In this document: positions 37,255 to 49,905 of the stretch, piece after piece
Position numbering within the stretch: position 1 is the first letter of the stretch
Layout of the letters: each line of letters starts with the position of its first letter
DNA from: Chiloscyllium plagiosum
Taxonomy: Eukaryota
Assembly: GCF_004010195.1 (NCBI RefSeq)
Contig: NC_057719.1
Coordinates: 8,116,190-8,180,189, forward strand
Direction of reading: 5' to 3'
Length of the DNA stretch: 64,000 bases
Position numbers and translations under genes: made by a program
The notes under the pieces: model-generated
Databases searched by the model: none
What the model was told of the DNA's origin: nothing
The model's input: the letters and a program-made list of their open reading frames with translations, nothing else

Positions 37255-38580
37255 CCGAGGGATAGGATCTATTTACATTTGAAAGAAAATTGACTCCTCA
37301 GTGATAGGTAGCATGATTTTGTGCAGGGAAGGTCAACCTAATAGAATTCTTTGAGGAAGTGACAAAATTGATTGATGAGGGAAGGGCTGTAGATGTCATA
37401 TATATGGACTTCAGTAAGGCGTTTCATAAGGTTTTCCATGGTAGGCTGATGGAGAAAGTGAAATTGCATGGGGTCTAGTGTGTACTAGCTAGATGGATAG
37501 AGAACTGGCTGGGCAACAGGAGGCAGAGAGTGGTAGTGGAAGGGAGTTCCTCAAAATGGAAAACTGTGACCAGTGGTGTTCCACAGCGATCCATATTGGG
37601 ATCACTGTTGTGTATGATATATATAAATGATCAGGAGGAAGGTATAGGTGGTTTGATTAGCAAGTTTTCAGATGACACTATGATTGGTGGAGTAACAGAT
37701 AATGAAGGGGCATGTCAGAGAATGCAACAGAATATAGACAGATTGAAAAGTTGTGCAGAGAAATGGCAGCTGAAGATTATTCCTGACAAATGCGAGGTGC
37801 TGCATTTTGGAAGATCCAGTTCAAGAGTGAACTGAATGGTAAATGGAAAAGTCCTGGGGGAAATTGATGTACAGGGAGATCTGGGTGTTCAGGTCTATTG
37901 TTCCCTGAAGGTGGCAATGCAGATCAGTGGAGTAGTTAAGAAGGCACAGCATGCTGTTCTTCATCGGACGGGGTATTGAGTACAACAGTTGGCAGGTCAT
38001 GTTGTAGTTTATAAGACTTTGGTTCTGCCACATTTGGAATACTGCATACAGTTCTGGTCGCCACATTACTAAAAGGGTGTGGATGCTTTGGAGAGGGTGC
38101 AGAGGAGGTTCACCAGGATGTTGCCTAGTATGGAGGGCGCTAGCTATGAGGAGAGGTTTAGTAGATTAGGATTATTTTCATTAGAAACACGGAGGTTGCG
38201 GGGGGACCTGATTGAGGTCTACAAAATCATGAGAGGTATAGACAGGGTGGGTAGCGAGAAGCTTTTTTCCAGAGTGGGGGTCTCAATTACTAGGGGTCAT
38301 GAGTTCAAGGTGAGAGGGGAAAAGTTTAAGGGAGATATGCATGGAAAGTTCTTCACGCAGAGAGTGGTGTGTGCCTGGAACGCGTTGTCAACAGAGGTGG
38401 TAGAGGCGGGCATGATAACGCCATTTAAGTTGTATCTAGACAGGTACGTGAATGGGCAGGGAGCAGAGGGACACAGATACTTCGAAATAGACGACAGGGA
38501 TTGATAGAGGATCTGTATCAATGCAGGCTTGGAGAGCCAAAGGGCCTGTTCCTGTTCTGTAACATCCTTTGGTCTTTGCC
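37255..38580 (+). mobile_element. CR1 LINE RT and 3' end inserted in opposite orientation into the older CR1
   Basis: VTSGVPQRSILGSLL, SKFSDDT, RFSRLGLFSLETRRLRGDLIEVYKIMRG. Same subfamily as 29380-30468. Confidence 0.92.
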
Positions 38581-39863
38581 TTTGTTGATTTCTAGTCCTC
38601 TTGAAATAAATGCTTACATTGCATTCACCTTCCTAACTGCCAGCTGAACCTTAAGAGAATCCTGAGCTCAGACTCCAAGACCCTTTATTCTTCAGATATC
38701 CAAAGCCTGTCCTCATTTAGAAAATAATCTATGCCTCTATTCTTCCTACCAAAGTACATAACCTCACACCTTACCACATTGTAATTGTTGTGCACTCTCC
38801 TAACCTTTCCAAGCCCTTCTGCAGCCTCCCCATTTATTCAACTCTACCTATCCCTCCACCTATCTTTGTGTCATCTGCAAACTTAACAATGCCTTTAGTT
38901 ACTTCACTAAGGTCATTTACATGAATAATTGTCATCCTAACACAGACCTCTGCAGAAGTCCACTTAACACCGGCTGCCATCCTGAAAAATACCCCTTTAT
39001 CCCCACTCTTTGCCTTCTGCCAATCAGCCAATTTTCTACCTGTGCCAGTGCCTTGCCTCCAACACCATGGGCTCTCACTTTATTCAGCAGCCTGCTATGT
39101 GACACCTTGTCAGCGACCTTCTAGAAATCCAAATACATCATGCCCAATGGCTCTCCTTTGTCTAATTTGCTCATTAAATCCTCAAAGAATTCTAACAGAT
39201 CTGTCAGGCATGACCTCCTCTTGATGAAGCCATGCTGACTCCGTCCATTTTACCATGATTATTATACTTACACTCTTACTAATAACCAAGGTCAGGCTAA
39301 CAGTCTGTCATTTGCCCAGAAACCCCTGACAGTGCTGCTCTACTATCTTCACTGTTAAGCTCCCCTAACAATCAAATCTGGCCAGCTCCTCCCCTCATGT
39401 CTTTGTAGGTATGTTTATTTAATTGTAATGCCATTACAGCTGAATAAGGCTTCTCCCTGCAGGGTGAATTCAATCATATTATGGTCACTATCCTCTAGGG
39501 ATTTCTTCACCTTAAGCTCCCTAATCAGCTTGGCCACTTTACACATCTCCAGATCCAGAATTGCCTGTTTCCTAGTGATCTCTGCCAACATGTGGCTCCA
39601 ACAAAACAATCTCAAAGATATTCCACAATTTCTTTCCTTGAGATCTGCTACCAACCTGATTTTCCCAGTCCGCTTGCATATTGAAGTACCCCATGATTAT
39701 TGTAGTAGTCCTTCTCTTATATGCCTTTTTTATTTCCTGATTTATTTTCTACCTTCCATCCTGACCACTGAGAGGAGACAGGAGCATAATTCCTATCAGA
39801 TTCTTTTTGCCCTTGCAGTTTCTCAACTCTACCCACAGAGATTCTATGCATTCTGACCTGATA

Positions 39864-40305
39864 CGCTCCATCGCCAGACCATAGCAACACGACGGTTGGA
39901 GGAAGAGCACCTCATCTTCCGCTTAGGAACCCTCCAACCACAAGGGATGAACTCAAATTTCTCCAGTTTCCTCATTTCCCCTCCCCCCACCTTGTCTCAG
40001 TCAAATCCCTCGAACTCAGCACCGCCTTCCTAACCTTCTTCCTGACCTCTCCGCCCCCACCCCACTCTGGCCTATCACCCTCATCTTGATCTCCTTCCAC
40101 CTATCGCATTTCCAACGCCCCACCCCCAAGTCCCTCCTCCCTACCTTTTATCTTAGCCTGCTGGACACACTTTCCTCATTCCTGAAGAAGGGCTCATGCC
40201 CGAAACGTCGATTCTCCTGTTCCTTGGATGCTGCCTGACCTGCTGCGCTTTTCCAGCAACACATTTTCAGCTCTGATCTCCAGCATCTGTAGTCCTCACT
40301 TTCTC
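39864..40305 (+). mobile_element. 5'-truncated PLE terminal repeat with hammerhead motif
   Basis: RRLEEEHLIFRLGTLQPQGMN; CTGAAGA-a-GGGC-tcat-GCCC-GAAACGTC at about 40182-40209. 15-bp TSD cattctgacctgata at 39849-39863 and 40306-40320. Confidence 0.9.
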
Positions 40306-41176
40306 CATTCTGACCTGATAGTTTGTTGCCATCGATTTAATTTCTTACTTACAAGGTAACCCTACCCCCTCTGTTTTTTTGCCTGTCCTTTCTATAGGAT
40401 GGATGTTCATGGATTTAATTGACAGCTTTAAACCCTTGCAACCACGTCACTGTGATATTCACAACATCATCCCCGCCAATTTCAGTCAGCACTGTAGGTT
40501 TGCTTACTTACTTTGTTTCATAAACTGTGTGCATTTATGTAAAACACCCTCAGTTCTGCATTGACCACCCCGTTCTCATAATTGTCCCCTTACTGTTCCT
40601 GAAGTTAGATCCCTGACCCTTTCCATAGTCTCTGTCCTATTACTTGTTCTTGAAACTATAATACATGTCTCCTGATCCTACCCTTTTACCAGCTTAAAGT
40701 CCTTGTGACCATCCTATTTAGCCTTTCCTGGTCCCAGTTCGGTTCGGGTGGAGCCCATCCCAATGGTACAGTTCCTCCCTGCCCCAATATGGATGCCAGT
40801 GCGCTCAAACCTCATCTTTCTTCCCTCCCCCCTCTTCCTATCCCTGTTTCTTCTCATGCCCCTTTAGGTAGTCTGTGCCACCATATGCCCACCTCAAATC
40901 GACCAAGCCCTGTCAGGTTCTGCTTCCATATTTCTTTCAGAACCAGTGACCCAGTATGAAATGCAGTCTTCAGGATCCATGCAGTAGAATTAAAAATAAT
41001 TTTAAAATCATTGGAAAGAAATTAATGTGCTACTGATATAATAAACTCCTGATTTTAAATACACTAACATTGGTAATAGAAAAAGAAACTACTCCAGAGC
41101 AAGAACATCATCTTTTAGATTCCTATTTGGATGGTAAACAATCATGAAAAGACATCAAATGTGTATTCTGTTATTA

Positions 41177-41907
41177 GAACAAGTTTTGAGAAGATTTGTA
41201 GCTCAGGTTAAGGTTCTGGATGTAGGTTTGCTCGCTGAGCTGGAAGGTTCATGTTCAGAAGTTTTGTCACCCTACTAGGTAACATCTTCAGTGGGCCTCA
41301 GGTGAAGCAGTGTATATGATTCCTGCTTTCTATTTATATGTTTGGGTTTCTTAGGGTTGGTGATGTCATTTCCTGTGGTGATGTCATTTCCTGTTCTTTT
41401 TCTCAGGGGGTGGTAGATAGGGTCTAACTCAATGCGTTTGTTGATAGAGTTCCGGTTGTAATGCCATGCCTCAAGGAATTCTCGTGCGTGTCTGTTTGGC
41501 GTGCCCTAAGATGGATGTGTTGCCCCAGTCGAAGTTGCGTCCTTCCTTATCTGTATGTAAGGATATTAGTGAGAGAGGGTCATCTCGTTTTGTGGCTAGT
41601 TGGTGTTCATGTATCCTGGTGGCTAGTTTTCTGCCAGTTTGTCCAATGTAGTGTTTGTTACAGTTTTTGTATGGTATTTTGTAAATGACATTAGTTTTGC
41701 TTGTTGTCTGTATAGGGTCTTTCAAGTTAATTAGCTGCTGTTTTAGTGTGTTGGTGGGTTTGTGGTCTACCCAAAGAAATTCAAACATATAAATAGAAAG
41801 CATGAGTCATGTACACTGTTTCGCCTGAGGCCCACTGAAGATGTTACCTAGTAGGGTGACGAAATGTCTGGAAATGAACTTCCCAGCTCAGCGAGCAAAC
41901 CGACATT
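41177..41907 (-). mobile_element. Penelope-like element, third family: GIY-YIG fragment with short inverted end
   Basis: ORF 41471-41803(-) KTNVIYKIPYKNCNKHYIGQTGRKLATRIHEH. About 41220-41350 mirrors 41772-41905. TSD tgttatta at 41169-41176 and 41908-41915. Confidence 0.9.
41832..41871 (+). ncRNA. Minimal hammerhead ribozyme motif
   Basis: CCA, CTGAAGA (41835-41841), t, GTTACC-tagtag-GGTGAC, GAAA (41861-41864), tGTC, TGG. Stem I CCA/UGG and stem II both pair; predicted cleavage after GUC at 41868. Confidence 0.7.
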
Positions 41908-43000
41908 TGTTATTACAATTTCTCAAAAGATTTTTTAATTCTTAGATAAATAGAGCAAAGTCACTATTAGATTTTAAAACCATGCAAGCATTCATCGTGG
42001 CTACAGGTGTCATAAAATGATGACTGCTACATTTTGTGAAAGTGACAGAACAGACTAGAACACAGTTTCCCTTCCAAAGCACAATGCCTGGTAATCAGTG
42101 GAGACAATGCAGAGTTTCTTTGTCTTCAACTTTCAGAAGCTGTTTCTGTTTTAACAGCCAGAGCTATCAGTTGATCTAAATTACAGCATGAAGCTTGACA
42201 ACATGAACCTGCAGTAACATTAGGTTACATCTTTTTAATGTATTTGGCTCCTCCTTCAATGAAAAAAGTATAGTAATGGTTACACAGTATTGGTCAATGT
42301 ACCTTTGTAGTACAGTTCCTTATGGTGAATCATTGTGATAAAACACCCACAGGGAGGTGATGGTGTAGCGGTAATTTACAGGGGGCTAGGAATCTGGAGA
42401 CCCAGATGAATGCTTTGGTATGGATTCCAATTTCACGATAACAGTTTCTGGAATTGAAAAAGATCAGTTAATAATAATTAATAAAACAATAAATAATTGT
42501 TAGCATGCTAGCTTTGTCATAACAAGGGGGCACACTTTTAAAATGAAAGGTAGGAGATTTTGAGGTGATTTGAGGAAAATGCTTTTCACTCAGAGGGTGT
42601 AGTGGAGGGGTCTGGAATGCACTGGTTGGGAGGGTAACCTCACAACCTTTAACAAGCACTTGGAGGAGCACTTGAAATGTCATAACATTCAAGACCATGG
42701 GTCTGGTGTTGGAAACTGGACTTGTATAGATTTAGTGTATGTTTGATGAGCACCTTCTGTACTGTATGATTCTGTGATAAAATACATCATCCAATAAAAC
42801 ATTCAAAGGAGGAAGCAATTTTATGGTTATTTTTAGAATGCTTCCTTTCTCATCGTGCAAGGAGATATGTGTTTCTAAGGCTTCCCAACCCCACACCAGA
42901 ACATGAAAATTGATGAGGGAGAAAATACCATTTTCTGTGATCCCCATAATGGGCACCTTGTCCTCAGGAAAGGTGCTTGTCTGATATGCAACAGATGGGT

Positions 43001-43460
43001 GGAGATCAGTCAAGATTAGAGTGGTGCTGGAAAAGCACAGCAATCCAGGCAACATCCGAGGAGCAGGAAAGTCAACATTTCAGGCAAAAGCCCTTCATCA
43101 GGAATGAGACAGGGAGCCTCCGGGGTGGAGAGACAAATGGGAGGGGGGTGGAGCTGGGGAGAAGGTAGCTAAGAGTGTAATAGGTTTATGGAGGTGGGGA
43201 TGAAGGTGATAGGTCGGAGAGGAGGGTGGAGTGGATAGGTGGAAAGGAAGATAGGCAGGTAGGGCAGGTCATGAGGACGGTAAGTACAGTAAAAATCTAC
43301 TGTATCCGTTGCTCCCGATGCGGTCTCCTCTACATTGGGGAGACAGGATGCCTTTTCACAGAGCGCTTCAGGGAACATCTCTGGGACATCCGCACCAATC
43401 AACCCCACCGCCCTGTGGCCCAACATTTCAACTCCCCCTCCCACTCTGCGGAGGGCATGC
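43001..43460. mobile_element. Rearranged (inverted) PLE fragment of the first family
   Basis: Minus-strand terminal repeat at 43001-43280 joined to plus-strand GIY-YIG IYCIRCSRCGLLYIGETG...VAQHFNSPSHSAE. Confidence 0.85.
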
Positions 43461-43499
43461 AGAGATTATGTCACATTGTCTATGATAACAGTATGGATG

Positions 43500-44020
43500 A
43501 AACCAGCACGTTCTGAAGATGTGGTTTCGCCATGTGGCTGCTTGAAGGCTGGATACTCGGCAGTTACTTTGACAGAACAAGGGCAATGGAACTGTCAAGC
43601 AAGTTCATGGAAGTAAAGCTAGGTGTCACTAAGATAATTGTAGAACCTCGTCCTATGTTTGTCTTAGATGTTACTAACGGAGAGCATGTAGATGAGAACA
43701 CAAAAAGGAAAGAAACAAGCTTTTTCCCGGGGTGAAGGTTTCAATAACCAGAGATCATGAGAGGTGGAAAGTTTAAGGGGGATACACGCGACAAGTACTT
43801 CACACAGGGTGTTGGGCGTTTGGAACGCATTGCCAGCAGAGGTGGTAGAGGCAGGCATGGTAGGTTCATTTAAGATGCGTCTGGACAGATGCATGAGTAG
43901 GGGAGCAGAGGGTTACAAATGCTTAGGAATTGACCAACAGGTTTAGACAGTACATTTGGATCGGCTTAGACTTGAAGGGCCGAAGGGCCTGTTCCTGGGC
44001 TGTAAATTTTCTTTGTTCTT
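43500..44020 (+). mobile_element. CR1 3' fragment
   Basis: RVLGVWNALPAEVVEAGMVGSFKMRLDR; gggccgaagggcctgttcc tail. Confidence 0.75.
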
Positions 44021-44317
44021 TGTTCTATCATGGGATGGGAGAAATAAGTACCAAGACATTAATACTAAGAAAGTCAAAAAGACGCCGTTGATGAGAATCA
44101 ACCATTTAAGGACATTTGCCATAATTTTGTCAATCACTATACCCTTTCTGTCCTGCTTTATTTTGTTTTGTGATGTTGGTTTATGGAGGAATGATTGGAT
44201 ACCTACTATGATATTTTACACTGGAACTGATGAGTTCATAACAAATGCAAAGCAGGGCATTTTGGCAGGAAAGGGATACTATAAACCATTTCAACCTATG
44301 AGAAGGAAACCAAGTTT

Positions 44318-44633
44318 TTAGATTAGATTCCCTACAGTGTGGAAACAGGCCCTTCGGCCTAACCAGTTCACACCGACCCTCTGAAGAGTAACCCACCCAG
44401 ACCCATTTCCCTCTGACGAATGCACCTAACACTATGGGCAATTTAGCATGGCCAATTCACCTGACCTGCACATCTTTGGACTGTGGAAGGAAACCGGAGC
44501 ACCCGGAGGAAACCCACGCAGACACGAGGAGAATGTGCAAACTCCTCACGGACGGTCGCCCGAGGCAGAAATTGAACCCTGGACCCTGGTGCTGCGAGGC
44601 AGCAGTGCTAACCACTGACCCACCATGCTGCCC
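44318..44633 (-). mobile_element. HE1-like V-SINE
   Basis: Reverse complement of the HE1 consensus seen at 31533 and 63228. Confidence 0.9.
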
Positions 44634-45240
44634 AGATTGAGAACAAGGGAACTACCTGCATCAGTTGGACCACAACAAATCTGAGAGGTCCAAAGAATTG
44701 GAAAGGCATGGTAAATTACAGAGTTTGAGAGTGGTGAGACTTTCACTGGAGAAAAACAATTCATATCATTCTTAGCATTCAGTAGATATGCAAAATTTGA
44801 TGGAAATATTCGAATTATGCATCAAGATAGTCCTAAACTTCATGTTAATTCCAATGCAGGGGTAGTGATCTAATGGTATTGTTGCTGAACCAGTAATCAG
44901 AGAGCCAGGTAATGTTCCAGGGATCTGGGTTCAAATCCTAATATGATAGATGGTGAAATTTGAAGATGATGATATTTTTTAGAAAACTGGAACTAAGAGT
45001 TTAATGATGATAATGAAAGCATTGTAGATTGTTATGTGTCCTTTCAGGAAGATAACTGCCATTCTTACCTGGTCTGGCCCACAGCAATTTGGTCCCCCCT
45101 TAACTTAGGGATGAGCAATAAATGCTAGCGAATGTGCAAATTAAAATGTCTGAATGTTTAGCATGTTCCTCCAATGGATAGGCAAAAGTCTTACACTGAA
45201 GTCAATTTACATAATTATAAACTTCTGTTTGTTCTTTCAG

Positions 45241-45293
45241 AACAAAGATTCCTTTTCCAAGATTCCTCGCACCATCCTCAGTCAAGAGGATAG
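45241..45293 (+). CDS. Candidate coding exon (NKDSFSKIPRTILSQED-R), phase 0 to 2, putative GC donor
   Basis: Strong acceptor ttctgtttgttctttcag. AG|gctgac gives the phase 2 required by the exon at 53003. Confidence 0.4.
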
Positions 45294-45364
45294 GCTGACT
45301 TCCTGCTCTCAGGCCTCTGCCTATGCTGCTGTACAATCTGTCACCTTGTTGTGTTGCTTTAGCA

Positions 45365-47100
45365 TAATGGAGGCCTATGACTAGTGGAGTCCCTCAGGGG
45401 TCTGTTTGTTATTTATATCAATGATTTGGATGATTAATAAGTTTGCTGATGACACTAAAATAGGTGGTATCATGGACAGAGAGAAAGGTTATCAGAAATT
45501 GCAACAGGACCTTGATCAGCTGAGGAAGTGGGCCAAGAAATGGCAAGTGAGTTTAATATAGATAAGCCTTGCATTTTGGAAAGTCAAATCAAGTTAGTAG
45601 TTTCATGATGAATGGTAGGGCCTTAAGGAGTGGAATGGAACAGTGGGACCTTGGAGTTCAAGTGCACGGTTCTCTGAAAGTGGAGCCACAGGTAGGACAG
45701 TGAAGAAAGCTTTTGGCACACTGGCCTTCATCAATCAGGGCATTGAGTATAGAAGTTGGGAAGCCATGTTGCTGTTATACAGGACATTGGTGAGGCCGCA
45801 CTTGGAGCATTGTGTTCAGTTTTGGTCACCTTGCTATAGGAAAGAGTGCAGAAGAAATTTACAAGGATGTTGCCATGACTCAAGGTTCTGAGTTATAGGG
45901 AGAGGTTGGACAAGCTAGGACCTTTTTCTTTAGAGTGTAGGAGAATGAGGGTGATCTTATATAAGGGTATTGTTATGAAGATATGGGTGTACTGTACCTT
46001 TAAGAGTGTTAAAAGCTAGCAGAACTACCTGACAGCACCAAGTGTTCTGATTAAGATACAATGTAGCATGTGGTCCAGCAGCCAGAGTAGCTGGTTGCCT
46101 AGAGACAAAAACAAGTTTAAATTAGGGCAATCAGTTTAAATTATACCGCCCCCCCCCCAAAAAAAAACAAACTCAAAAAAAACAAACTCCAATCAAGTTT
46201 GAATTTAGTATATTGATAGTATTAAAAACCAATGACAAATCTGATGCTTTAGGGATGTAAGACCGGGAAAAATTGAACAGTTAAGAGAGAACTACCAAAA
46301 CACCAACAGATGTAGCTGCTAGTCAGAACTCTCTGAGAGATACCTGTCTAGAGAAAGAGTTTGCACAGAGAAAGACATCAACTCAGACCTGGAGAGCAAC
46401 TCTACAGAGGGAGATATAAAGAGAAGATTTGAACTGCTGGCTGATTTTGAAATTTCATGTTTTAGTAAATCTTAATCGGGGGTTTTATCGGACCATTATT
46501 ATAGAAGGGAAAGTAAAACATTGGTTAGAGGAAGGAGTTGTAAATAGTTGTTAGTCAAGTATTCTCTGTTACATTTTAAGAAATGAAGTTTAAAATTTTT
46601 ACTCTACGTAATTCTTGACCTCTCAAATTTTCACAGATTATGGCACGGGGTAAATCTTTTCTGTGTTGCTGGTTTAAATTAGCTGGGGGCCTTACCCTGT
46701 GTCGTAACAGTGTAAGATCATGAGAGACAAGAATGGGGTGAATGCACTCAGTCTTTTTTCTTGGGTTAGAGAATCAAGGACTAGAGGGCATTAGTTTAAG
46801 GTTAGAGGGGAAAGAATAAAAGGGTATCTGAGGGGAAGCTTTTTTTACACAGGGTGGTATGCATGCTCCTCAGATGCTGCCTGACCTGCTGTGCTTTTCC
46901 AGCACCACTCTAATCTTAACTCTGATCTCCAGATTCTGCAGTCCTCACTTTTGCCTTTATGGAATGAGCTGCCAGCAGAAGTGTTTGAGGCGGTTACATT
47001 AACACTTAAACGGCATTTGGCCTTTGTACAAATACATGGTTAGGAAAGGATTAGAAGGATATGGACTAAGTGCAGGGAAATAAGGTTACTGTGGATGGAC
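45365..47100 (+). mobile_element. CR1 LINE RT and 3' fragment interrupted by a solo LTR and a PLE fragment (about 46865-46957)
   Basis: KFADDTKIG; VKKAFGTLAFINQGIEYRSWEAMLLLYRTLVRPHLEHCVQFWSP. Confidence 0.88.
45971..46709. mobile_element. Solo LTR (739 bp) of an LTR retrotransposon or ERV
   Basis: Ends TGTTATGA and TCGTAACA (7/8 inverted match). Cleanly interrupts CR1 sequence; 4-bp flanks gtat and gtgt resemble an imperfect TSD. Confidence 0.8.
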
Positions 47101-47849
47101 AGTACTGTGTAAAATGTGGCATATCATCCTGCATAATTTTATGTGTAGTTATTTATTCTAAATTGCTTATTTTTTTTGTTAGCAACACAAATTCAATATC
47201 TGTTAGGTTGTATATTCTTCTAAACGATTGTATATTCCCAACAAACAAAATAATGTAGTTTCCCTTTAAGTTTTCCAGGACCGATTTTAGATTGGCTCGA
47301 TTGCTCGTGTTTCTACTGGAGAACATTTTGCACATTATTTGTAAGATTATTGAAATTTGTCAAATAACTGAAAGGCTAAGGTTTCTTGCTTTGACATTGA
47401 CTGATAGCATTCTATTCCACACACACATACCAATTTTCTACATCAACATCAAGAGAACTAAAACAAATTGTCTCATTGCTACAGGATCTATTGAAGTTTA
47501 ATTTATTGATTTACATTGAAGTACTGTTCTGAGGTTAGTCTTATTTGTAAATTACAAAGAAATTCAAAGGTTGCAGTGAGAGCTGATTATTGACTGGAAG
47601 AAATAATTGCACTAGAAGGAACTATGTTAGTAGCCACCTCACCATGTGTTAATGCGAGTTAAGAGGCAAGATGGTTTGCGTGATATTACAACATGATGAG
47701 AGATAATTTTCTGCAAAAGAGTCAAAGTAGGACCTGCAGCTTAATCTTAGAATCAGTTTGGGTAATTCTGATTAAGTATTTGGCTTTAACCATGGTTAAA
47801 GCATTCAAATCAAAGTGGGCCATTTGAAGGAAAGAAAGAGAGAGAAAAG

Positions 47850-48115
47850 CTAACATTTCTCACAAAATTGCAAAGCACTTCAAAAACACAAGTACTTTTT
47901 GAAATGTAGTCACTATTATAATACAGGAAACTCAGCAGGCAAGTCGTCCATAGCAAATTCCCTCAAACCAGCAATGGGATAATGACTGTATGATCTGTTT
48001 TACTGATGTTGATTGAAGCATAAACCTTCACCAGGACATTAAGGATAATTGCCTGGCTCTTCTTTGAAATATTGCAATGTGATCTTTTATGTTCACCTGA
48101 GCAGGCAGCTGGAGC
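47850..48115 (-). mobile_element. DeuSINE (SacSINE1/AmnSINE-like) remnant; related pieces at about 52700-52900 and 28800-28930
   Basis: Reverse complement contains Deu-domain-like ataaaagatcacattgcaatatttcaaagaagag...gtcctgg and the tail gtgactacatttcaaaaagtac. Confidence 0.6.
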
Positions 48116-48206
48116 GTTGGTGGAAAGGCCTCCTAGCAGTGGTCAGAATGTGAGGAAGAAAGTAAATCAGGAGATAGAATAGGTATGTAGGAAAGGTACT
48201 ATTACA

Positions 48207-49905
48207 ACAATGAAAACAACAAATGCTGGAGATCACAGCGGGTCAGACAGCATCCATGGAGAGAGAGCAAGCTAATATTTCGTGTCTAGGTGACTTTCAT
48301 CAGAGCTGAAGTGAAGTATGGAGGGGACAGCATTTACACGATAGTTTTGGATGGTTGGGGGAGGGGGTATACTGGGTGTAGGGTGCTGGTGGAGAAAAGA
48401 TGTTGATAACTCAGATTAAATGATCAGAATTTGAGGATGGCAGAGCAATGGTGTGACTCCTGTCAGACTTGGAAGGACAGTAAGTGGGATTTGGGGGAGG
48501 GGGGGGAGGGTGGCGGATGGACATGTCAACAAGCTAAAGGAAAGGGAAGAAATGGTTCACAGTTTAAAAGTGTTGAACTCAGTATTAAGTCCAGGCAGCT
48601 GTCAAGTGCCTAGCCTGAAGATGAGCTGTTGTTCCTCCAGTTTGTGCTGTGTTTCACTGGAACATGCGAGCAGGATGCTATGTTAAAGTGATCGGCTACG
48701 GGAAGGTCGGGGTCCTGACTGTGCACAGACCCAAGGTGTTGCGCAAAGCAGTCACCCAATCTGCGTTTGGTTTCTCCAATGTTGAGTAGGCCACACTGGG
48801 TGCAGTGAATACAATCCACAAGATTGGAGGAGGTCCAGGTGAAATGCTGCTTCACTTGGAAACGCTGTTTAGACCCTTGGATGGTGAGCAGGGAGGAGCT
48901 GAAGGGGCAGGTTTTGCCCTTCTGTGGTTACATGGGAAGGTGCCATGGAGACAGGGTTGGTGTTAATGGTTGTGGAATATGTTAGGGTGTCCCAGAGGGA
49001 ATGATGCCTGCCAAATGCAGATGGGGGAGAGAGGGGAAGATGTGTTTGATTGTGGTGCTCTTTTGGAATTATCTGAAATGGCGGAGAATGATCCTTTCAA
49101 TGCGGAGGCTGGTGGGCTGAAAATTGAGGACAAGGGGCACTTAACACTGTTGTAAGTAATAGGAAGGGACAAGGGTGGGAACATAGGTGATGGGTCGGAT
49201 GTGGTTGAGGGCCTGTCAACCACAGTGGGTGGAGAAAGCATGGTCATGGAAGAAGGAAGCCATGTTAGCAGCTCTGTTTTTGAAGGTGGCACCATTGGAA
49301 CAGATGGGATGTAGGCGAAGGAACTGGGAAAATGGGGTGCAATCCTTGCAGGACATGGGGTGTGATGAGCTGTTGCGGGTCATTTTAACACAGCATCGTG
49401 CTCACATGCCCGCATGTCTGTACTCAGCATGCTGCAGTGCTCCAGTGAATCACAGTGCTAACTGGAGGAACAACATCTCATCTTCAGACTAAGCACTTTA
49501 CAGCCTTCTGCACTTAATTTTGAATTCAACACCTTCAAACTGGGAACCATTTCTTCCCTTTCCTTTAGCTTGTTATCATGTCCTCCCCTCCCCCATCCCA
49601 ATTACTGTCCTTTCAGGTCTGACAGGAGACACACCACTGTTCTGCCAGTCTCACTTTCCGATCCACTTAAACTGAGTTAGCAACATCTTTTTTCCACCAG
49701 CACCCCACACCCTCTACCCTCACCCCATCCTCAAACTATCGCATAAATGCTGTCCCCTCCACACTTCACTTCAACTCTAATGCAGAGTCACCATTTTGAA
49801 ACATGAGCTTGCTCGCTTTCCATGGATGCTGCCTGACTCGCTGTGATCTCCAGCATTTGTTGTTTTCAGTACAGATTCCAGCATCTTCAGTAATTTGCTC
49901 CTATT
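48207..49905. mobile_element. Penelope-like element, fourth family, with inverted arms, inserted in a CR1 endonuclease region
   Basis: ORF 48610-48855(-) NLVDCIHCTQCGLLNIGETKRRLGDCFAQHL...VADHFN. About 48212-48690 is mirrored by 49380-49870. CR1 resumes with GDFN at 49920. Confidence 0.85.

Larger units (their letters stand above)
36840..40810 (-). mobile_element. Long internally deleted CR1 LINE (ORF1 remnant, EN, RT) split by later insertions
   Basis: KFADDTKIGG (38834-39031 minus), LEDSDHNMIEF (39415-39654 minus), and an ORF1 esterase-end remnant near 40730-40810. Confidence 0.8.

Noticed and set aside
42054..42213. Possible small exons (LEHSFPSKAQCL; PELSVDLNYSMKLDNMNL)
   Set aside because: Could bridge 33676 and 45241, but splice sites are weak and phases do not reconcile with the 45241 model.
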